NCBI GenBank assembly: GCA_039195375.1
Contig: JBCCVL010000003.1
Coordinates: 9,201-73,200, forward strand
DNA: 64,000 nt
DNA from: Actinomycetota bacterium
Lineage (GTDB): Bacteria > Actinomycetota > Acidimicrobiia > Acidimicrobiales > SZUA-35
Direction: 5' to 3'
Under the pieces are notes generated by a model. It had not been told where the DNA came from and ran no database searches. It worked only from the letters and a program-made list of their open reading frames with translations. Below are positions 48,387 to 57,499 of this stretch, one piece after another (the stretch's first letter is position 1; every line of letters begins with the position of its first letter). The translations under genes and the position numbers were made by a program.

Positions 48387-51140
48387 GTGTCGGTGCGGGG
48401 GAGTAGGCTCGGTCGTGTGCCGACGCTGATGCTGATCGATGGCAACTCGCTGACCTATCGGGCCTTCCACGCGCTGCCCCAGGACCTGGCCACCGCTTCC
48501 GGGCAGGTCACCAACGCGGTCTTCGGCTTCACGTCGATGCTGATCAACCTGGTCCGTGACCACAAGCCCGATGGCCTGGTCGTGGCCTTCGACCGTCCCG
48601 AGCCGACGTTCCGTCACGAGCGGGTCGACACCTACAAGGCCAACCGGTCCGCTGCGCCCGACATCCTCCGGCAGCAGATGGGCCTGGTCCGCGAGGTGCT
48701 CGAGACACTGCGCCTGCCCCAGGTCGAGCTGGCCGGCGTCGAGGCCGACGACATCCTCGCCACCCTGGCGGTACAGGGCGAGGCGGAGGGGCTCGACGTG
48801 CTCGTCGTCACCGGCGACCGCGACAGCTTCCAGCTGGTCCGCGATCCCCACATCAAGGTCGTCTACAACAAGCGCGGCGTCAGCGACTACGCGGTCTACG
48901 ACGAGGCGGGCATCGAGGAGCGCACCGGCGTGCCCCCGTCGAAGTACGTCCTGTACGCCGCGCTGCGGGGTGACAACTCCGACAACCTGCCCGGCGTCCC
49001 CGGCGTCGGGGAGAAGACGGCGGCCAAGCTGATCAACACCTACGGCGACCTGGACGGCCTGTTCGCCGCAGTCGACGAGCAGACCCCGAAGCTGCGGGAG
49101 AACCTGGCCGCCAACGAGACCCAGGTCCGGGTCAACGCCGAGGTCATGGAGCTCCTGCGTGACGTCGAGCTCGACGCCGGCGTCGGTGACTTCATCGGCA
49201 TCGAGCCATACGACGCCGAGGAGGTCAAGAAGCTCTTCGACTTCCTCGAATTCCGCACACTGCTGACCCGCCTGGAGGAGGCGTTCGCCCCCGGCGAGGC
49301 CGACCGCTCCGAGCTGCCCGAACTGGCGATCGCCCTGTCGAGCGCCACCGACGCGGCCGAGGCGGTTGCGGCGCTGACCGGACTGGCCGACGGCGACGGG
49401 CCGATCGCCGTCGCCGCCGAGCTGAGCGATGCCGAGTCGACCGGCGACGGGGGCGATGACGGCTCGGGCCCCCAGGTGACCGGGCTCGGCCTGGTCGGCG
49501 ACGCCGTGACCGATGACGGTGCCCCGGTGCCGGCGGTGTGGCTCGACCGGTCGCTGCTGACCGAGGCCCCCGTGGCGGCCGAGCTGACCCGGCTGCTCGG
49601 CCAGGACGGCCGTGGCATGGTCGCCCATGACGCCAAGCCCCTCCTGCGGGCCCTGCTGGCGGCCGGGGCCCCGGTGCCGGCGCTGCGGTTCGACACCTCG
49701 CTCGCCGGCTACCTGCTCGACCCGGCCGGCAACTCCTACACGCTCGAGGACCTCGTCCCCACCTACGGGACCTTCCGCCTGCCCGGCCGTGAGACCCCGC
49801 CCGAGGGTCAGTTGGACTTCGGCGAGGAGACGATCACCCCGGCCGAGCGGGCCGGGCTCGACGCCGCCGCCGTCGCTGCGCTCGCCCCGGTCCTGGCGGC
49901 CGAGATCGAGTCGAGCGGATTGACGAAGCTCAACGACGAGGTCGAGGTCCCGCTGGTCACGGTGCTGGCCCGCATGGAGCACGTCGGGGTCGGGGTCGAC
50001 GAACCCGAACTGGAGCGGCTCAACGCCGACATGACGGCCGAGGCCGAGGCGCTGGCGGCCCAGATCCACGAAGACGCCGGCGAGGAGTTCAACGTGAACT
50101 CCACCAAGAAACTTCGCGAGATCCTCTTCGACCGCCTCGGCCTCAAACCCCAGAAGCGGACCAAGACCGGCTACTCGACCGATCAGGCCACGCTGGAGAA
50201 GCTGGCCGGCGAGCACCCGATCGTCGACCACCTGCTCCGCTATCGCGAGGTCGAGAAGCTGCGCTCGACGTACGGCCAGTCGCTGCTCGACGCCGTGGCC
50301 GACGACGGCCGGATCCACGCGACGTTCAATCAGACCGTGGCCCGCACCGGCCGGCTGTCGTCGGAGAACCCCAACCTCCACAACATCCCGGTCAGGACCG
50401 AGCTGGGCCGTAGCTTCCGCAAGGCGTTCGTCCCCGGTGCCGGTCGGACCCTGCTGGTGGCGGACTACAACCAGATCGAGCTCCGCTGTATCGCCCACCT
50501 GGCCGAGGACCCCGGCCTCATCGGGGCGTTCACGGCCGGCGACGACATCCACTCGATGACCGCGGCCCGGATCTTCGACGTCGACGCCGGCGAGGTCACC
50601 ATCGAGCAGCGGAGCAAGTCGAAGATGGTGTCCTACGGACTGGCCTACGGGATGGAGGCGTACGGGCTGGGGCAGCGGCTCGGTATCCCGACATCGGAAG
50701 CCAAGGAGATCCTCGACGCCTACTTCGAGAGTTTCCCCGCCGTGCGGGAGTACATGGACACCACGGTCACCGAAGCCCGCAACCGGGGGTACACCGAGAC
50801 CCTGTTCGGCCGGCGGCGCTCGATCCCCGAGCTGATGAGCGACAACCGCAACCTCCGCCAGGCGGGGGAGCGGCAGGCGATGAACGCGGGAATCCAGGGG
50901 CTGGCAGCCGACATCTTCAAGGTGGCCCTCGTCCGCCTCGACCGCGCACTGGCCGAGTCGGAGCATGGCAGCGAGGTCGTCCTCCAGGTCCACGACGAGG
51001 TGATCCTCGAGGTCCCGGACGGCGAGATCGAACCCGTCCGGGAGCTGGTCGTCGGCCAGATGCAGGGGGCGTTCGAGCTGAAGGTCCCGCTCGAGGTCAA
51101 CCTCGCCGTCGGCCAGACCTGGGCTGACGCCAAGGACTAG
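48387..51140 (+). CDS. polA: DNA polymerase I
   Basis: 5' nuclease LMLIDGNSLTYRAFHAL, GDRDSFQL, PGVPGVGEKTA. Polymerase motifs DYNQIELR, RSKSKMVSYGLAYG, QVHDEVILE. The true start may be GTG 48417. Confidence 0.95.
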   Translation: MSVRGSRLGRVPTLMLIDGNSLTYRAFHALPQDLATASGQVTNAVFGFTSMLINLVRDHKPDGLVVAFDRPEPTFRHERVDTYKANRSAAPDILRQQMGLVREVLETLRLPQVELAGVEADDILATLAVQGEAEGLDVLVVTGDRDSFQLVRDPHIKVVYNKRGVSDYAVYDEAGIEERTGVPPSKYVLYAALRGDNSDNLPGVPGVGEKTAAKLINTYGDLDGLFAAVDEQTPKLRENLAANETQVRVNAEVMELLRDVELDAGVGDFIGIEPYDAEEVKKLFDFLEFRTLLTRLEEAFAPGEADRSELPELAIALSSATDAAEAVAALTGLADGDGPIAVAAELSDAESTGDGGDDGSGPQVTGLGLVGDAVTDDGAPVPAVWLDRSLLTEAPVAAELTRLLGQDGRGMVAHDAKPLLRALLAAGAPVPALRFDTSLAGYLLDPAGNSYTLEDLVPTYGTFRLPGRETPPEGQLDFGEETITPAERAGLDAAAVAALAPVLAAEIESSGLTKLNDEVEVPLVTVLARMEHVGVGVDEPELERLNADMTAEAEALAAQIHEDAGEEFNVNSTKKLREILFDRLGLKPQKRTKTGYSTDQATLEKLAGEHPIVDHLLRYREVEKLRSTYGQSLLDAVADDGRIHATFNQTVARTGRLSSENPNLHNIPVRTELGRSFRKAFVPGAGRTLLVADYNQIELRCIAHLAEDPGLIGAFTAGDDIHSMTAARIFDVDAGEVTIEQRSKSKMVSYGLAYGMEAYGLGQRLGIPTSEAKEILDAYFESFPAVREYMDTTVTEARNRGYTETLFGRRRSIPELMSDNRNLRQAGERQAMNAGIQGLAADIFKVALVRLDRALAESEHGSEVVLQVHDEVILEVPDGEIEPVRELVVGQMQGAFELKVPLEVNLAVGQTWADAKD

Positions 51141-51160
51141 CCCGAACCGCGCACATCGGC

Positions 51161-51940
51161 GTGACCGGACACGGGCACTCCCACTGGTTCGAGCCGCTGG
51201 CCGAGCACCTCGGCGAGGCGTACCTCCGCTATTCGTTCACCCGGGGCACCGTCGGTGAGGTCGACGCCGTCGTCGAGCTGGCCGGCCTCGATGCGGCGAG
51301 CTCGGTCCTCGACGTCGGCTGTGGCCCCGGCCGTCACGCGCTGGAGCTGGCCCGTCGGGGCCACCCGGTCGTCGGGCTCGACATCAGTCGGCGGTTCGTC
51401 GAGCTGGCGCGGCGATCGGCCGCTGACGAGGGCCTCGACGGGGCCACGTTCGAGGTGGCCGACGCCAGGCGACTCGACGAGCGGGACGACCTGGCCGGCC
51501 GCTTCGGCCTGGTGCTGTCGCTCTGCCAGGGGGCGTTCGGGCTGACGGCCGGCCCGGGGGCCGACGCCGACCTGCTCCCGGCGATGGAGCTCGACGAGCC
51601 GGTGCTCGCCGGCATGGCCAGGGCCGCTCGCCCGGGGGGCACGGTCGTGGTGTCGGCCTTCTCCGCCTACTTCCAGCTCCGCCATCAGGAAGACCACGAC
51701 CGCTTCGATGCCGAGCTCGGCGTCAACGAGGAGCCCACATCGGTCCGCAACCCCGCAGGGGACGTGCGCGACGCCCGCCTCTGGACCACCTGCTACACCC
51801 CACGCGAGCTGCGATTGTTGGCCAGGACGGTCGGTCTGGAGCCGGTTTCGGTCAGCGGCGTGACCCCCGGCCGATACCGGCCGGCCCCGCCCGGCATCGA
51901 CACGCCGGAATTCCTGCTGGTGGCCCGCCGCAGAGCGTGA
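51161..51940 (+). CDS. class I SAM-dependent methyltransferase
   Basis: VLDVGCGPGRHALELARRGHPVVGLDIS. Confidence 0.75.
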   Translation: MTGHGHSHWFEPLAEHLGEAYLRYSFTRGTVGEVDAVVELAGLDAASSVLDVGCGPGRHALELARRGHPVVGLDISRRFVELARRSAADEGLDGATFEVADARRLDERDDLAGRFGLVLSLCQGAFGLTAGPGADADLLPAMELDEPVLAGMARAARPGGTVVVSAFSAYFQLRHQEDHDRFDAELGVNEEPTSVRNPAGDVRDARLWTTCYTPRELRLLARTVGLEPVSVSGVTPGRYRPAPPGIDTPEFLLVARRRA

Positions 51941-52074
51941 CACCAGGGCGGGTTTGCCCAGCGACAGGGATACGCTTGAGCGTGGTCGGGAAAGTCCCGC
52001 CCCCTTTTGCTGTCCTCGTTCCACACGGGTCCGATGGGTCAGTCGAGAGGCGTTGAGAAAGCGTTTCCCCTTCC

Positions 52075-53457
52075 GTGTCAACGACCGAGCTGCCAACCAC
52101 TGATCCGAGTGCCAACACCATGAGCGACACCGCTCCGAACGACCAACTCCCGAACGGAACCGACGAATACGTTCCCCGCCAGATCATCGACAACGACCTC
52201 GAGGGCTCGCTCGACGACGCCTACGCCGCGTCCATGGTCATGGTCGATGACGGCCAGTTGGTCAACGGCACGGTGGTCCGGGTCGACCGCGACGAGGTGC
52301 TCGTCGACATCGGCTACAAGAGCGAGGGCGTCATCCCGTCCCGCGAGCTGTCCATCCGCAACGACGTCGACCCTGGCGAGATCGTCGCCATCGGCGACGA
52401 GGTCGAGGCCCTTGTCCTCCAGAAGGAGGACAAGGAGGGCCGGCTGCTCCTGTCGAAGAAGCGGGCCCAGTACGAGCGGGCCTGGGGCCAGATCGAGTCG
52501 ATCAAGGAAGGCGACGGCGTCGTCTCCGGGCCGGTCATCGAGGTCGTCAAGGGCGGCCTGATCCTCGACATCGGCCTCCGCGGCTTCCTCCCCGCTTCGC
52601 TGGTCGAGTTGCGCCGGGTCCGTGACCTGCAGCCGTACATCGGCCGGTCGCTCGAAGCGAAGATCATCGAGCTCGACAAGAACCGCAACAACGTCGTCCT
52701 GTCCCGCCGGGCCTACCTGGAGGAGACCCAGAAGGAGCAGCGCGAGGACTTCCTGGCCAACCTCACCCCGGGCGAGGTCCGGTCCGGCACCGTTTCGTCC
52801 GTCGTCAACTTCGGCGCCTTCGTCGATCTCGGCGGCATGGACGGGCTCATCCACGTGTCCGAGCTGTCCTGGAAGCACGTCGACCACCCCGGTTCCGTCG
52901 TCGCCGTCGGCGACGAGGTCACCGTCCAGGTGCTCGAGGTCGACCTCAGCCGGGAGCGCATCAGCCTCTCGCTCAAGGCCACCCAGCAGGATCCGTGGCA
53001 GGAGTTCGCCTCAACCCACCGGGTCGGCGAGCTGGTCTACGGACGGGTCACCAAGCTGGTGCCGTTCGGTGCGTTCGTCCAGGTCGGCGACGGCATCGAG
53101 GGCCTGGTCCACATCTCGGAGATGTCGGCCCACCACATCGACCTGCCCGAGCAGGTGGTCACCCCCGGCGAGGAGCTGTGGGTCAAGATCATCGACATCG
53201 ACCTCCAGCGCCGCCGGATCAGCCTGTCGATCAAGCAGGCCGCCGAGGGTGGCGTGGTCGCTCAGGAATACCAGGAGCACTTCGGGGAGCACGCGTTCGA
53301 CGACGAGGGCAACTACATCGGCCCGACCGACGTCGATCCGGCGACCGAGGCCGCATGGGCGGAGTACTACGAGGAACTCGAGAATCCCGAAACCGCCGAG
53401 GCCGCCGAGGCCCCAGCGGAGGCTCCGGCCGAGGCTGCGGCGACCGACGAGGCCTGA
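52075..53457 (+). CDS. rpsA: 30S ribosomal protein S1
   Basis: Four S1 repeats, e.g. GTVVRVDRDEVLVDIGYKSEGVIP, GPVIEVVKGGLILDIG, GTVSSVVNFGAFVDLGG, GRVTKLVPFGAFVQVG. Start uncertain (GTG 52075 or ATG 52120). Confidence 0.93.
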   Translation: MSTTELPTTDPSANTMSDTAPNDQLPNGTDEYVPRQIIDNDLEGSLDDAYAASMVMVDDGQLVNGTVVRVDRDEVLVDIGYKSEGVIPSRELSIRNDVDPGEIVAIGDEVEALVLQKEDKEGRLLLSKKRAQYERAWGQIESIKEGDGVVSGPVIEVVKGGLILDIGLRGFLPASLVELRRVRDLQPYIGRSLEAKIIELDKNRNNVVLSRRAYLEETQKEQREDFLANLTPGEVRSGTVSSVVNFGAFVDLGGMDGLIHVSELSWKHVDHPGSVVAVGDEVTVQVLEVDLSRERISLSLKATQQDPWQEFASTHRVGELVYGRVTKLVPFGAFVQVGDGIEGLVHISEMSAHHIDLPEQVVTPGEELWVKIIDIDLQRRRISLSIKQAAEGGVVAQEYQEHFGEHAFDDEGNYIGPTDVDPATEAAWAEYYEELENPETAEAAEAPAEAPAEAAATDEA

Positions 53458-53485
53458 TCGGGCCGCACAATCGAGCCGTTCGACT

Positions 53486-53523
53486 CCGAACCACCGGCCT
53501 CGGGCCGGTGGTTCGGCCGTTTT
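53486..53523 (+). terminator. intrinsic terminator after rpsA
   Basis: 14-bp stem CCGAACCACCGGCC / GGCCGGUGGUUCGG with UCG loop, then CCGUUUU. Confidence 0.75.
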
Positions 53524-53672
53524 CGGCCCCGGCGCCCGGTCCCGTGGCCGATCGGCGGCGGCACGATCTCCATCGGGTTTCGGCGAAGTGCTAAGAGGCC
53601 GGCGAGTTGTGGCCGACAGTCTTCGTAGTACCAGTGCGCAGGCTCGGGTCTGCGCTGACCCAGGAGAGTGTC

Positions 53673-54818
53673 GTGAACACACGACGGACGGTCATCCTCA
53701 TCATGGCGATCGTGATCGGCGCCGTGGCCGCAGTCGGTCTGCTGAGCTACGTTCGCAACGCCGAGACCAATGCCGACGAGGCCGCCGCCCCGGTGGAGAT
53801 CTGGGTCGTCAAGCAGCCGATCCCAAAGGGGACGCCGGTCGAGACGGCCGTCGAACAGGGGCTGATCGGCGTCGAGGAGACGCCACAGCGGTTCCGTCCG
53901 GCCACCGCCGTCGTCGACCCGATGGCCGAGCTCGGCGGCCTGGTTGCCATCACCGATCTGCCCGTCGACCTGACGGTGGTGACGGGCACGTTCGTGTCGC
54001 CGACGGTGGTCGACACCGGCATCACCGATCGGCTCGAGGACCGCGGTCTGGTCACGGTCACGTTCACGGTCGACCAGGCCAGGGGTGCCGCCTACCTGAT
54101 CGAGCCGGGCGACTTCGTCAACGTCCTGGTCGAGCGGGAGTGGGACACCCCGTTCTTCGAGGAGGATCCGCCCATCGAGGTGACCCCCCAGGCGCTGGCC
54201 CAGCTGGGGACCAACCTCGAGGAGAACGACGCCATCCGTCCGATCCTGACCGACCTGTATCCGGTCGAATCCCGGGTCGTGTACCAGAAGGCCGAGGTAC
54301 TGGCGGTCGGCACCGACCTCGTTCCCGACATCGGCCAGCGGGCCGACGGGGAGCAGACGACCGCCGAGGCCCAGGCCAACCGCGGCCTGATCACCCTGGC
54401 CGTGCCGCCGGAGGCCGTGCAGGTCATCCTCGACGTCGGCCGCGACAACATCTACCTCTCGCTGGTGCCGGACGACTACGAGCCCCGGCCCCTGCTGCCC
54501 CTCGATCCGACCACCCAGGTCCTGCCAGGCGAGTCGGACGGCACGCTCACCCCCTACGACGGCTACGAGGGTGTCGTCGACCCCGGGGCCGCGGCCGAGG
54601 ATCTCGCCTTCACCGACGGTGCCGTCGACGGCGACGACCGGATCGGATCAACCCCGAGCGCCGGCGGCGACGGCGGCGACGCAACCTCGACCGACTCGAC
54701 CACCTCGTCCTCCGGCTCGGGTGACGGCCGCCAGGAGGCCACCACCACGACCTCGCCAGAGGGCGAGGCCGACACCGACGACGGTTCGACGACGACAACC
54801 GAGCCAGAGGACCAGTGA
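53673..54818 (+). CDS. cpaB: Flp pilus assembly protein CpaB/RcpC (SAF domain)
   Basis: ORF 53607..54818. GTG 53673 follows AGGAGAG. N-terminal TM RRTVILIMAIVIGAVAAVGLL, then EIWVVKQPIPKGTPV. Acidic Ser/Thr-rich C-terminal tail. Confidence 0.8.
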   Translation: MNTRRTVILIMAIVIGAVAAVGLLSYVRNAETNADEAAAPVEIWVVKQPIPKGTPVETAVEQGLIGVEETPQRFRPATAVVDPMAELGGLVAITDLPVDLTVVTGTFVSPTVVDTGITDRLEDRGLVTVTFTVDQARGAAYLIEPGDFVNVLVEREWDTPFFEEDPPIEVTPQALAQLGTNLEENDAIRPILTDLYPVESRVVYQKAEVLAVGTDLVPDIGQRADGEQTTAEAQANRGLITLAVPPEAVQVILDVGRDNIYLSLVPDDYEPRPLLPLDPTTQVLPGESDGTLTPYDGYEGVVDPGAAAEDLAFTDGAVDGDDRIGSTPSAGGDGGDATSTDSTTSSSGSGDGRQEATTTTSPEGEADTDDGSTTTTEPEDQ

Positions 54819-56104
54819 TGGCGGAGGAGTTCGACTTCCTGAACTTCGACTCCATCGACGCCGAGAGCTCTGTCGACCCGAAGGGCTACGAACCGGAGCA
54901 CCGTCTGGTCGGTGGGACCGCCCTGGCCGTCGTCGACGGCGACCAGGCCGTCAGCGACTACCTGGCCGGGCTCTTCGAGGGCACCGTGGAGACCGCCTCC
55001 ACCCTCGGCGAGCTGGAGAAGCGGCTCGGGCTGTCGTCGGTCGTGGTCGTGCTCGGCCCGTCGTGCGCCGAGCCCGCCGACCTGGCCGTGGTCGAGCGCT
55101 GGGGTCGGACGTATCCGAACGTGGCCACTGTGCTCGTCACCTCCGAGCTCTCGACCCAGCTCCTGCACAAGGCGTTGCGGGCCGGGGTCAAAGACGTGCT
55201 GTCGGCCCCGATCGACCAGCAGCTACTGATCGAGACCGTCGAGCGGGTGGCCGACGGGCTGCCGAGCGCCGAGCAACTCGTGGTGGGGACCGACGTCGTC
55301 GATCCGACCGAACCAGGTGACTGGGATCAGGGTCGGGTCATCAGCGTGTTCTCGACCAAGGGCGGTTCGGGCAAGTCGGTCACGGCGACCAACCTCGGCA
55401 TCGTGCTGGCCCGCCGGTCGAAGAAGCCGGTCATCCTGCTCGACTCACACCTGCAGTTCGGCGACGTCGCCGTCATGCTGAAGCTCCAGCCCCAGCACAC
55501 GGTGACCGACGCCATCGCACAGCTCGACGGCCTCGACCCGGCGCTGCTCGAACGGCTCATGACGGTGCACGAGCCGAGCGGGCTCTATGTCCTGCCGGCC
55601 CCGATCGAGCCGACCTTCGCCGACCAGGTGACCGGCGAGCAGATGCGTCAGCTCATCGACCACCTCCGCTCGTTCGCCGGCCACGTCATCGTCGACCTGC
55701 CGGCCTTCTTCAACGACGTCGTGCTCAGCGTGATCGACACGTCCGAGGAGATCGTCCTGGTCGCCGGCCTCGACATCCCGAACGTGAAGAACGTCAAGAT
55801 CGGCCTGAGCACCCTCCAGCTGCTGAACGTGCCGAAGGACCGGCTCCACCTGGTCCTCAACCGGGCCGATTCGAAGGTGAAGCTGAACGTGTCCGAGGTC
55901 GAGCGGACGCTCGGCGTGACGGCGGCGGCCCACGTGCCATCGGACGTCGTCGTGCCGATCTCGGTCAACAAGGGCCAGCCGGTGATGCTGTCGGCGCCGA
56001 AGTCCGGCCCGGCCAGAGCCTTCGAGCAGCTGGCCCTCCGGTTCCTCGACGGGGCGGCGGCCGAACCGGCCCCCAGCTCCAACCGGCGCAAGTTCTTCGG
56101 GTGA
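54815..56104 (+). CDS. tadZ: TadZ/CpaE: pseudo-receiver + ParA/MinD-type ATPase
   Basis: VISVFSTKGGSGKSVTATNLG (deviant Walker A), VILLDSHLQFGDV, HVIVDLP. The N-terminal ~130 aa are receiver-like. Confidence 0.85.
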   Translation: MMAEEFDFLNFDSIDAESSVDPKGYEPEHRLVGGTALAVVDGDQAVSDYLAGLFEGTVETASTLGELEKRLGLSSVVVVLGPSCAEPADLAVVERWGRTYPNVATVLVTSELSTQLLHKALRAGVKDVLSAPIDQQLLIETVERVADGLPSAEQLVVGTDVVDPTEPGDWDQGRVISVFSTKGGSGKSVTATNLGIVLARRSKKPVILLDSHLQFGDVAVMLKLQPQHTVTDAIAQLDGLDPALLERLMTVHEPSGLYVLPAPIEPTFADQVTGEQMRQLIDHLRSFAGHVIVDLPAFFNDVVLSVIDTSEEIVLVAGLDIPNVKNVKIGLSTLQLLNVPKDRLHLVLNRADSKVKLNVSEVERTLGVTAAAHVPSDVVVPISVNKGQPVMLSAPKSGPARAFEQLALRFLDGAAAEPAPSSNRRKFFG

Positions 56105-56136
56105 GCACGCCTCCGGGCGAGACGAAAGGCTAGATC

Positions 56137-57498
56137 ATGTCGCTGTACGACAGGCTCCAGGAGGGGGCGGAGACCAGGCCCGGCGGTGAGTCGGGCCGAT
56201 CGGTCGCCCTCGTCGATCTCCGCCACCGGGTCCACGCTGCGCTGATCGAGGAACTCGGCCCGGTCCTGTACGACAAGCGGCTCAGCGACGACGACCTCCG
56301 CCGCAAGGTCCACGATGCCCTCCAGGCCGCGCTGGCCCAGGAGCGGACGCCACTCTCGTCGGCCGAGCGGTCCCAGCTGATCCAGGACGTCTCCGACGAC
56401 ATCCTCGGCTATGGCCCGATCGACAAGCTGCTGCGCGACGACGACGTGTCCGAGATCATGTGCAACGGTCCGGACCAGATCTTCGTCGAGCGGGGTGGCA
56501 AGCTGACCCTCGACGACGTGACGTTCGCCGACGAGCTGCACCTTCGGCGGATCATCGACAAGATCGTCGCCCAGGTCGGTCGCCGCATCGACGAGTCGAT
56601 GCCCCTGTGCGACGCCCGCCTCGCCGACGGCTCGCGGGTCAACGCCGTGGTCGCCCCGCTGGCGGTCGGCGGCCCGTTCCTCACGATCCGGAAGTTCTCC
56701 GCCGACCCGCTTCGGATCGACGACCTGATCCGGTTCGGCACCCTCAGCGTGCACGCCGCCCGGTTCCTGCAGGCCTGCATCGTCGGCAAGCTCAACGTCG
56801 TCGTGTCCGGCGGTACCGGCACCGGCAAGACGACGACCCTCAACGTGCTGTCGTCGTTCATCCCGGACGGCGAGCGGATCGTCACCGTCGAGGACGCCAA
56901 GGAGCTGCAGCTCAACCAGGAGCACGTGCTCTCGCTGGAGACCCGCCCGCCGAACATCGAGGGCAAGGGCGAGATCACGATCCGTGACCTGGTCAAGAAC
57001 ACCCTACGTATGCGGCCGGACCGCATCGTGGTGGGGGAGTGCCGCTCCGGCGAGGCCCTCGACATGCTCCAGGCCATGAACACCGGTCACGACGGCTCGC
57101 TGACCACGCTGCACGCCAACAATCCCCGCGACTCGCTGAGCCGGTTGGAGACGCTGGTGCTGATGGCCGGCTACGACCTGCCGGTTCGCGCCATTCGGGA
57201 GCAGATCTCGTCTGCGGTCGACTGCATCGTCCAGCTGCAGCGCCTCCGGGACGGCACCCGTCGCATCACGCACGTGTCCGAGGTCGTCGGCATGGAGGGC
57301 GACATCATCACCCTGCAGGACGTGTTCCTGTTCGACTTCGGGGCCGGCGTCGACGAGCAGGGCCGCTACCGGGGCCAGCTGAAGCCGACCGGCGTCCGGC
57401 CGAAGTTCGCCGAGAAGTTGGCCGACAACGGCATCAAGCTCGGCCCCGAGATGTTCGCCCCCCAGGGCGTCTCCGACGCCGTGCGGCGAGGACGCTGA
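56137..57498 (+). CDS. tadA: TadA/CpaF secretion ATPase
   Basis: VSGGTGTGKTTTLNVL (Walker A), RIVTVEDAKELQL, RMRPDRIVVGECRSGEALDMLQAMNTGHDGSLTTLHAN. Confidence 0.93.
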   Translation: MSLYDRLQEGAETRPGGESGRSVALVDLRHRVHAALIEELGPVLYDKRLSDDDLRRKVHDALQAALAQERTPLSSAERSQLIQDVSDDILGYGPIDKLLRDDDVSEIMCNGPDQIFVERGGKLTLDDVTFADELHLRRIIDKIVAQVGRRIDESMPLCDARLADGSRVNAVVAPLAVGGPFLTIRKFSADPLRIDDLIRFGTLSVHAARFLQACIVGKLNVVVSGGTGTGKTTTLNVLSSFIPDGERIVTVEDAKELQLNQEHVLSLETRPPNIEGKGEITIRDLVKNTLRMRPDRIVVGECRSGEALDMLQAMNTGHDGSLTTLHANNPRDSLSRLETLVLMAGYDLPVRAIREQISSAVDCIVQLQRLRDGTRRITHVSEVVGMEGDIITLQDVFLFDFGAGVDEQGRYRGQLKPTGVRPKFAEKLADNGIKLGPEMFAPQGVSDAVRRGR

Positions 57499-57499
57499 C

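Noticed and set aside
47724-50993. 1089-aa minus-strand ORF, the longest in the track
   Set aside because: It lies exactly antisense to polA, whose product carries unmistakable Pol I motifs. Its own translation is low-complexity Gly/Arg/Asp/Val-rich with no family features. This is the typical shadow ORF of a very GC-rich genome.
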